Part shown: in pieces, positions 39,565 through 48,653 of the stretch
How the letters are laid out: each line of letters opens with the position of its first letter
Numbering within the stretch: position 1 is the stretch's first letter
From: Rotaria socialis
Taxonomy: Eukaryota
Reading direction: 5' to 3'
NCBI GenBank assembly: GCA_905331295.1
Contig: CAJNYD010000322.1
Location: 310,001-358,653 of the forward strand
Length of the DNA: 48,653 nt
The notes under the pieces: generated by a model
Database searches by the model: none
The model's input: the letters and a program-made list of their open reading frames with translations, nothing else
Told to the model about the DNA's origin: nothing
Program-made: the position numbers and the translations under genes

Positions 39565-41381
39565 GAGAGAGTCCACGAGGCGATCGAGGATTGGAAGCAC
39601 TCGATAAAAATTACATTTTTGATTTCATTAGCGCATTCGAAAGTTCCATGTGCGAAACCAGTAACCTGAAAATTTTAGCGTCTAATACCGTTTCTATGAA
39701 AATTTACGTAAGGACGACTTTGAGTACGGTTGTATTTTTTCGAGAAAAAAAACAGTGAAAATTGCTCGTTTCATTTATGTCTGTTTGTGTTTCAACAGAT
39801 CATCCAAATCTTTAAAGGAATGCGTTAAAAGATAGGTCATTCTGAGCTGGAAAAGGATAGATTTAAAGTTTTGTATATCAGTTACTTTTTCGGACTATTC
39901 AGTGCAACAAGTATGGGCACTGACAAAATTTTTCAATTTTTCACGACTGTTTTTTTACAATATATTTGATCCTATCTCTTCAATTTAAGCGAGTCTAAGC
40001 ATTTTTTGCATAGGTTTGCAGAACTTTTGATTCTGCACAAATTCATGGAAACATATTCAAAAAATGAGAGTATACTGGTATCTAAAAATAAAATTGCCTA
40101 GCATTGCTTCTCACCTAGTCAATACGGCATTGAAAAACAACATCTAACGAGAGAAGGCCACCAACTGTTCAATCGCTTTTTACGTTGAAGCTATTCTCAT
40201 TATGCAGCTCCCAAGGAGTTATGGATACGCTGAAAATATTTTGGGCGAATAGGTTGTTGTTACGAAAATAGTCCATTTGTGAGTTATGGTTTTTAGTGAG
40301 TGCCGGAACTCCCCTCCCCTCAGGAACCTTGAAAAAAATTGATTTTCGAATTTCAACTTGAAAATTTACATAGAAATACACCGGAACGAGAAGAGTGTTT
40401 CGTGACTGTTTCAGACCATTCTACTACTATTCCTATCATTACACACAGCTATTATGAAATTTTTATTTTACATCTTTTAAATATGGTAGCAGATTTGATG
40501 AAACAAACAAATTCAAGGACCAAAAACATTCACGAAACACTATTCTCGTTCCGGAGTATTTCTATGTAAATTTTCAAGTTGAAATTCGAAAATCAATTTT
40601 TTTCAAGGTTCCTGAGGGGAGGGGAGTTCCGGCACTCACTAAAAACCATAACTCACAAATGGACTATTTTCGTAACAACAACCTATTCGCCCAAAATATT
40701 TTCAGCGTATCCATAACTCCTTGGGAGCTGCATAATGAGAATAGCTTCAACGTAAAAAGCGATTGAACAGTTGGTGGCCTTCTCTCGTTAGATGTTGTTT
40801 TTCAATGGCGTATTGACTAGGTGAGAAGCAATGCTAGGCAATTTTATTTTTAGATACCAGTATACTCTCATTTTTTGAATATGTTTCCATGAATTTGTGC
40901 AGAATCAAAAGTTCTGCAAACCTATGCAAAAAATGCTTAGACTCGCTTAAATTGAAGAGATAGGATCAAATATATTGTAAAAAAACAGTCGTGAAAAATT
41001 GAAAAATTTTGTCAGTGCCCATACTTGTTGCACTGAATAGTCCGAAAAAGTAACTGATATACAAAACTTTAAATCTATCCTTTTCCAGCTCAGAATGACC
41101 TATCTTTTAACGCATTCCTTTAAAGATTTGGATGATCTGTTGAAACACAAACAGACATAAATGAAACGAGCAATTTTCACTGTTTTTTTTCTCGAAAAAA
41201 TACAACCGTACTCAAAGTCGTCCTTACGTAAATTTTCATAGGAACGGTATTAGACGCTAAAATTTTCAGGTTACTGGTTTCGCACATGGAACTTTCGAAT
41301 GCGCTAATGAAATCAAAAATGTAATTTTTATCGAGTGCTTCGTATGCGGAGGACATCCTCTATGCTCTGATGTGCTCTCTC
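39565..41381. mobile_element. Non-autonomous foldback DNA transposon (Kolobok-like: TTAA TSD, 5'-RR...YY-3' ends), 1817 bp
   Basis: TTAA at 39561-39564 and 41382-41385, with terminal GAGAGAG / CTCTCTC. Internal inverted arms are ~818 bp. No transposase ORF. Confidence 0.75.
39594..41341. repeat. Long inverted repeat: arms 39594-40411 and 40524-41341, ~112-bp spacer
   Basis: The arms are reverse complements in constant register (paired coordinates sum to 80935), with only about 5 substitutions seen by eye. Confidence 0.97.
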
Positions 41382-42220
41382 TTAATTGACAAAACCAATT
41401 CTATCTTCACGTATCTCTTTGCGACAATAAAATACTTATCGAGTACATTACTATTTTTGTGCATTTCCTACCGAAATGAACAACATCTACCTTCATATCA
41501 TTACAAAACGAGTAATAGATATATATCGATGTTGTTTTTCTAATGTTCGTAGACGATAATTGGAAGAGTTCATAGAAAAATATTCAATAGAAAAATAGAT
41601 TAGATTTTTTCCTTTTGTTAACATAAATTGATCGATTTGCTAAGAAAAGTCTAAAAGCACACGATTTGCAAATAGAACAATCCTAACCAATCTTTCGGAA
41701 TCTCCCTGAAAAACAACTCTCGTTTGTTATACTCAGATCATTTTGTCGAAGATATAATTAGAAGAGGAAATATGTACGAGTGCATTTCCTTTAACTAATT
41801 CCATTTTCTTTCAGTAAATATAAGTTACAATTACTTTTAACATCGTCTCAAAAGAATATCTATCCAATTAGAAGGAAAAAAAGATGCTTTTAGTTTCGTT
41901 CGGTCCCACATCAATATGTATTGAAGCAAAAACAACATGCAAGTGTTTTTATATCGTTGACGTTGAAAGTATGTACTCCTCATTCTATTTTTTCTGGTTT
42001 GTCGCGTCTTGATCGTGCGCATCAATCTTCGAGAAAAAAAGCGAGAGAAAAAAATCGAAATAATACGATCTTGCGGTACAATAGAAATGAAGAGAAACTC
42101 TCCTATTTCCTGTTTTACTCTCTCCTCCTTCTCGTTTTGTCAATCTCGAATGTTGATCGGAAAACGAGAACGAGAGAGAGAGAAAGAAGAGAGAACATTT
42201 TCAGAGACGAAGGTTCACAA

Positions 42221-42230
42221 TATATAAATA
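42221..42230 (+). promoter_or_regulatory. TATA box of the neuropeptide precursor gene
   Basis: TATATAAATA lies ~70 bp upstream of ATG 42298, preceded by GA-rich (GAGAG) elements. Confidence 0.65.
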
Positions 42231-42297
42231 GAGGGACGAGACCGACTAACGATTGCATCACATACAACAAGTTTCTTTTTATCCCAAAAATACTAGA

Positions 42298-43714
42298 ATG
42301 ACTACTACCAATATGTCAATGATGATTGTCGCTCTGGTTATCACTACAATGTGTCTATTAATTGCCAACGGCGAAGAGGGAAAAGTGAGTACTCATTGTC
42401 GTAGGAGCTAACAGTTCTTTTTATCAACATGAAACATCATTTTTGAGGCTGACTGCTGACAAACAATAGGTACTTTCGTTCTTTTATTAAACGTTAAAAA
42501 ATACAGACAGGAAATGATCGCCCAAGGCGTTACTTTCTCATTTTGATACAGTCTGATTGGATTTGGCAATATTAGAAAAGAATACATCCTAAATAATACT
42601 ATGAGTCATTGTTTTGCGGATATTTTGTTTACTTAGAAAAAGAATCAACGAATTAAATTGCATGCTTAAATTTTATTTTAATATTAAGTAATATTTATTA
42701 CGAGAATCATTATCGTACATTCAGGAGTTGAATAAGAAAAACAATGAATAGATATTATCATTCAATGATGGATCAATCGCAACATTAAAGCACTTGCATT
42801 TTTATTTAAAAATAATTTTGTTAGCCATATTCAAAGATTTTCCATTTTAATATTTTTAATTTCTTCTCCGATGATCTATTTATTAATGATAGACATACTC
42901 TGTTTAGAACTATCTTGAATTATTGATAAATGGTATATCTATATTCTTTTTTTTAGAAACGCACTCTTGATTCTTTATCTGGTTCGGATTTTTTCAAAAA
43001 GGTAATTTTATTTTAATGAACTCAGTTTTTGATAGATCTTATTTTTAATTTTCTAGAGTCTTGATAGTCTATCAGGCAATGATTTTTTCAAACGCGAGGA
43101 TGAAGTAAATAGTCTCATTAGTTTTTTATTCTTCTTAATTTTTATTATATTTTGATTGTGTAGAAACGAACACTTGATTCTTTATCTGGTTCTGATTTCT
43201 TCAAAAAGGTAAAAGAAAATATTCTAAAACAAAACTGATTCTGCAAATTTACTTTTTCTTATTTGTAGAGTCTTGATTCACTTTCCGGCAATGATTTTTT
43301 TAAACGAGATGACGAAGTAAATATTTCCCTTTGAAATTAATTATTTAAGTCTCATTTTATTGTTATGATAGAAACGTACATTAGATTCACTGTCAGGCTC
43401 TGATTTCTTTAAAAAGGTTTGGTTTTGTTTTTGATCTTTTTTTACGTTTTCTGTTGGTCGATTTACTTTTAGAGCTTAGATTCATTGTCTGGTAATGATT
43501 TCTTCAAGAAGGTATTCATTTCAACAAATTAGCTTAATATATTTTCTTTACAATGTTTATTTTCTAGAGTTTGGATTCATTGAGTGGAAATGACTTTTTT
43601 AAACGTAGTACCAAGGCACGAGAATATGCTATTGCAGAACTACTTCGACATTCTCTTTATCCTCATATGACGCGTGAACACTTTCGTACTCGTTTTAATA
43701 AACAAAAAAATTGA
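42298..43714 (+). CDS. Secreted neuropeptide precursor (pedal peptide/orcokinin-like), 8 exons, 167 aa, releasing 3x TLDSLSGSDFF and 4x SLDSLSGNDFF
   Basis: Exon 42298-42384 encodes the signal peptide MTTTNMSMMIVALVITTMCLLIANG-EEGK. Further exons are 42957-43001, 43057-43104, 43164-43208, 43269-43316, 43372-43416, 43473-43511 and 43568-43714. All introns are GT-AG and phase 0. Peptides are flanked by KR/KK dibasic sites. AATAAA at ~43754. Confidence 0.9.
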
Positions 43715-46700
43715 CTACGATAAAGATAAATTGAAGAACTCTTTTATTTGAAAAATAAAATATAGCAAAAAATAACATGTTCCTTGAATGAAGAATATTC
43801 TGTGAAATTTATCGTTTATCTCAATGTAATCTCGTACTATCGATCAATATTTTTTGACAAATAATTTAATAAAAATGAAAGATAACTAATCATTTTTTTA
43901 AATTGCATAGAAAATCAGAACAAACTGATATACTCTGTTAGTTATTGTTCACATTTGTTTGTCATATCGAAATTTGTAGATTATACCAATTATTCATCTC
44001 AATTGTCATTGTTCGCAAGAAGAATCTGTTTAGAATGAAAAACAATTGCTTGTTTTAACTTTTCTTTGAGTAAAGCAACAGTTTTGCTTTATATCAGTTG
44101 TTATTTGGAAAATATTATATAAAACAAAGTAAATCTTCAAAATGATTAGATTCATCAATATTTTATAAATCATTGCAGAAGAATAGAATTACTTTGTTTT
44201 ATTTTGACAATTTTTCGATTATAGATTTTTGAAACCGAGTACAAATTCGATTGAATATGACACTTGTATTGCATAGGTAATTTTGTATTTTCAACAAATT
44301 CTATATGTAGTGAAATTTCTATAAGACTTTAGAGTCTTCGTCTAATTCGAAAAGAAGCTAAAACAAAATCATATTTACTACTAGTGGCGCGTTGCTTTTA
44401 TTTAATAAAGAACATGCTGTTATTGAAATATAACAAATAGATGAGATAATCAGATATATTTTTATTTCACATAAGGCAAAACCTTTTTATCGTGTTTATT
44501 GACCTAGAAAACTTATGTAATTATTTGTAATAGAATTCAAACATGAAATTATTCGAAAAATGTAGTCATGAGCCAAACAGAACAATAGGTGATTTCCCAA
44601 GGGAAAATCTCATCATTGTTTTTATTCCAATTGAGAAAAAATAAACATGTCTTTTTTATTGAGTGATTTTCACTATGACAAAAGATTGCTTTTAATATCA
44701 ATAATCTAAATGAAGTTTGATATTGATATATTCATTTTAATTTCAATCAGTGAATGCTAACCAAGAATCAGTAAAAGGCTAGTGAGCAATGTTCCTTTCA
44801 TTGGTTTTTGAATGGAAAGCCGATATAACTATCAAAAATAAAATGACCACTAAACCTGTGTAAGACTAAATGTAGTTGTAAGTATATTATCTACTGGCTT
44901 TGTAAAAAATAAGAGCTAGAGAACATAACTTGTAATAGTGTTTACCAATGAAAAATCGACCGGAAATATTTATGTATTTCGAATATAGTCAATATTTCTA
45001 TGCTAATCAATCAATCAATTCATACAACTGGCTTTTGAAGCACATATGTAGCAAGAGGAATTCTTTCTACTGACTATAAACTGATTCCACTCGCCAGTGT
45101 AGATTTTTAAAATGGCTTGCGTTATGAACCGAGATATCAATTATGTTAATTACAACATATTTCCAAAGTTCTAGTTAGCCGATTTATCAAAGTTAGAATA
45201 TAAATCAGTATAATTTACTTAATTTGTTTAACATAATAGATAAAGAATATACGTGTAGTACACATATTTTAATAAAAAAAAGACTCAACATTTATGAAGT
45301 TTTTCTCCGTAAATTGTTTTATGTATTCGTTTGACAGCTATGATTCTTTTTACTTAACCATCGGATTTGTATTAGACTTACGATTATTCGCTGTGAACCA
45401 TCGAGTATTTCTGTAATTTAAACGGCTAGAACGAATGCATGCAAGTTGAAACTACTGATTATTGAAAATATAGATAACAAATAACTATAACTTTTATTTA
45501 CGGTCGTTTCATAGAAAGTTCAAAAGAAACAGAGTTGATCAATCTGAAGGTTCAATATACCAAACTTCATTAAGATAAACCGCAGTTTCAACTGGTTACC
45601 ACAACTATACTTGTGAGCAGTGTTCAAAGCCAAATCCGATATAAATGCTAATGAGCATAACTCTCAATGTGGCGACAGACTTAAAACGAACTAAAACTAT
45701 CATATGTATCTATGCACATCAATAAGATATGATTACACTAAGTATAAACTTATCATCATCTACTTATTCCTCTTAAAGAATCTAAAAGGCATGTTTCTGA
45801 GTCTCTATTCTGTAAAAAATGAGAGGCGTATTTTAAAATCGGTTTAAACAATCTATTGTTCTATGATATATTTTCTATCTTGAACTTCTTCGAAAGCCAT
45901 TTTTATGATCATGTCATCTTGACTGGTGTATGGCGAATCCTTATAATCAATTACAAGTGCATCATAATCAGTAATTTTTTTCTCAGCTAGAATATCAGAG
46001 TATATGGCTTTTGCTCAATTAATAACCATTTGATGAGGAGTTATTTAAGGAATCTATCGTCACCTCTCTCATCTACTTTTGACTTGGTGAATTATGACTG
46101 ACATGAAAAAGTATCGACTTGAGAAAATAGTGAAACGAGAATCTATCAAATGGCAATGAAACAAGATTAAATTGAATCAGAAGACGCTTCTTGTAAATAT
46201 TTAAGAGCAAAGACAGAACAACATAATGTCCCAAATTAGTGCTGAAATAATACATATAATTGTAAAAATGTTTTCATTTAAAAAAATCAATAAAAACCAA
46301 AAATGAAAAAAATTAGAATGCCCTTTATTCAAGATCGGAAACACCTCGAAGAACGATTATTATTCTTTTAAAATATTTGTTTTGCTCTTCTATTACTTCA
46401 ATATACTGATTATTATTTCTGCTTACTTATTCACGCACGATCAAAAATATTTTTCCGAATTAAAAACTTAGTCAGCAATACAAATCTAACATCAAGTCAC
46501 TATTAACACAGTAAAAACCTAATTTAACTTTGAATATATTTTCTTACAAAAGTTGTCGGCTAACTTTATGATTTGATTCATCGTCCAATATTTTTTTCTT
46601 TTCATAGTGCCGAATGAGTCCTTTTCGAACCAGCATTCTTCAAAATTTGTTACTGAAAATTTACTTTTCAAAATATACGTATAATATTCATTGTTGAGAT

Positions 46701-48490
46701 ATATCTGGCAGTAGCATGCCATCACTGTCGGAATATTTCGATACAATGTTGCCACTATTCATTGCTTCGAAAAACAAGTGTCACATGAGTTTCATTAACT
46801 AAAATGGACATTTTAATGTACCGGTTCGCATAAAAATAACTTTCAATCCCAATTATGCCATCAAGTTGATGAAAAAAATCAGTTTTATTCAATGATATTA
46901 AAATGTATTCATTTTGTTGCCTGCTTCATTATTCGAAAGCAAATTATTTTTCAAGCTCTATATAGCCTTAGATCTACTGCGATACTTGAACTATGTATAC
47001 AAAAAGACTGAGGCTGCAAATGAATAATAATAGTGAAGAACACTCATGAAGAAATTTTTAAAATGCAGATTTTTCTGAAATAAAAAACAAACTTCACAAT
47101 GGATGCAGTTTTATCTATTTCGCCAAACACATTGACGAAATTGTAACAATCATTATATTTATCCTAATGAATCTGCCGAAAAGGTGTAGTACAATAATCA
47201 TGTTGAATTGATTGATTGATATCCATAAGTCAAGTTGTGATTAATGGACTTCCTAACCTACGGCTACATCAGTCAGTAAAATGATTACTGAGCTCGAAAA
47301 TAATGTCATATTTGAAATTAAATACAGGATTGCACGAAGGATCAAAGATTAGGGTTTGTTTTCAAAAACATCTTGCAGACAAAGCGTAAAATGTAGACAA
47401 AATCTAATGTTTTGGTGCAGAAAGCGGAAACTTTGTTTTTTATTTGGGTGTTTACAACTCCGTCCTCGTCATCTGTGTCTCCCCTGAATGAATGTCAAAC
47501 ATTAATATTAACAGCGTTGAAAAACCTGAAAAATAAACATGATTCCAGTAATAGATTTGCATTAATAAGTAACAATGGAATTCTAATTTATTATTAACAT
47601 TATATCTGATACATTGATGCAGTACAATAAATGTCGTGCATAAAATGTGTTTCAAATAAGAGAACTTCGTTTATTGCGGAGTTAATCCCAGAAAAAAACG
47701 ATTTTATTCGATGTTGATTTTAAAAACAAAGGTAATGATTTTATCTCTGATTTTTGATAGTAGGCTCTGTTAACAGTTCTCAGCAGGCTACATGCTGATC
47801 AACCTTTTGATGATCGTCAATTTTATTTTAATGATTCTTATTGTAATCAGTTTTATTTTGTATAATATTGTAATTCATTAGCAATTGTGCTCATTATCTT
47901 TATTGGACTCGTTGATTGTAAAGAAATAGATTATTATAATTTTGGGAAATCATATTTTAACTCCAAATCACGATTCTAGAACCAATTTTTTTGATTCTAA
48001 TTTCTTCAATACTTTCCATTACAGCTTTATTCTGATAATAAGAAACTCCAACATGTTTTTTCGATTTCTACAGATCCTTATTGATTTTTATGTTTGATAT
48101 TAATGAGAAAAGCTCTCCAATTTTTTTTGTTACAAATCATTGGTAAATCTATAAATTCTGCTCCAATGCCGAACATATGAAGAATAAGTTTTTTTAAACT
48201 TTAAAAGAAAGAATATTATTATATGATTTACTGGCGTAGTTTCCCGACATTCATCCGGGAAAAAAGAATTTTCACAATCACGATGACTTCGACCTTGTCG
48301 TAATTGGAGTCCGATGCAAAGTTCTATCACTGATGCACGATACCAGTTGTACTTGATTAAGAGATGTCACGCATCAAGTTAATTATACAATATTTCTATA
48401 TGGACTTTTCGATTTTAATACATTGCTTGAATCACATATAGTCTTCTATTTTCTTTTTTAAGCTGTAAATTCGGCTGATTGAATTTTCGT

Positions 48491-48653
48491 TTTTGTGTAC
48501 TCAAAAAGTGAGTACACTACTAAAATCGGTCAGTGTGTCCGTCCGTCCGTTTATTCGATAACTCTTAACAATTACATTCGATTGAGCTGAAATTTTGTGC
48601 ACAGAATTGTCTCATCAATATCTCGGTCGAGTTCGAAGATGAGAAGGATCCGT
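48491..48653 (+). mobile_element. 5' end of a DINE-1/HINE-like (Helentron-associated) non-autonomous element, truncated by window end
   Basis: Begins in a T-run. A short inverted repeat GTGTACTC-aaaaagt-GAGTACAC (48495-48517) is followed by a (GTCC)3 microsatellite (48537-48550), the diagnostic DINE-1/HINE layout. Confidence 0.7.

Noticed and set aside
39492..40569. ORFs 39492-39758, 40169-40381 and 40339-40569 in the foldback element
   Set aside because: Short, with no transposase motifs; incidental to the repeat.
41837..42301. Overlapping ORFs upstream of the neuropeptide gene
   Set aside because: Low-complexity translations of a GA/CT-rich promoter region.
42957..43606. Regularly spaced ~40-bp repeats with unique spacers resembling a CRISPR array
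   Set aside because: The repeats vary at synonymous positions and the spacers are GT-AG introns. They are neuropeptide exons, and there are no cas genes.
46519..48330. Short minus-strand ORFs that might be transposase fragments
   Set aside because: No DDE, RT or zinc-finger motif could be recognised with confidence; BLASTX against a repeat protein library would be needed.

Overview
AT-rich eukaryotic (metazoan) genomic DNA with very short (~45-80 bp) GT-AG introns. The style suggests a bdelloid rotifer, but that is inference. Left to right it holds the last exon of an INSM1/nerfin-type C2H2 zinc-finger gene and an intronless ankyrin + ADP-ribosyltransferase gene. A tightly packed cluster follows, read outward from a 430-bp divergent region. 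On the minus strand, unc-79 is followed after only 95 bp by a 638-aa in-frame fusion of L-gulonate 3-dehydrogenase (CRYL1) with C11orf54/DUF1907. On the plus strand lie CUEDC1, R3HCC1-like (carrying an in-frame TGA), a FUN14-like gene and TTLL12. The gene-poor right part holds a 1.8-kb TTAA-flanked foldback element with ~820-bp near-perfect inverted arms, a pedal-peptide/orcokinin-like neuropeptide precursor built one peptide per exon (missed by the ORF track), and the 5' end of a DINE-1/Helentron-like element. The main highlights are the two-step uronate-pathway fusion enzyme, an operon-like polyA-signal/3'-splice-acceptor junction pattern suggesting SL trans-spliced polycistronic units, and the exon-modular neuropeptide gene.
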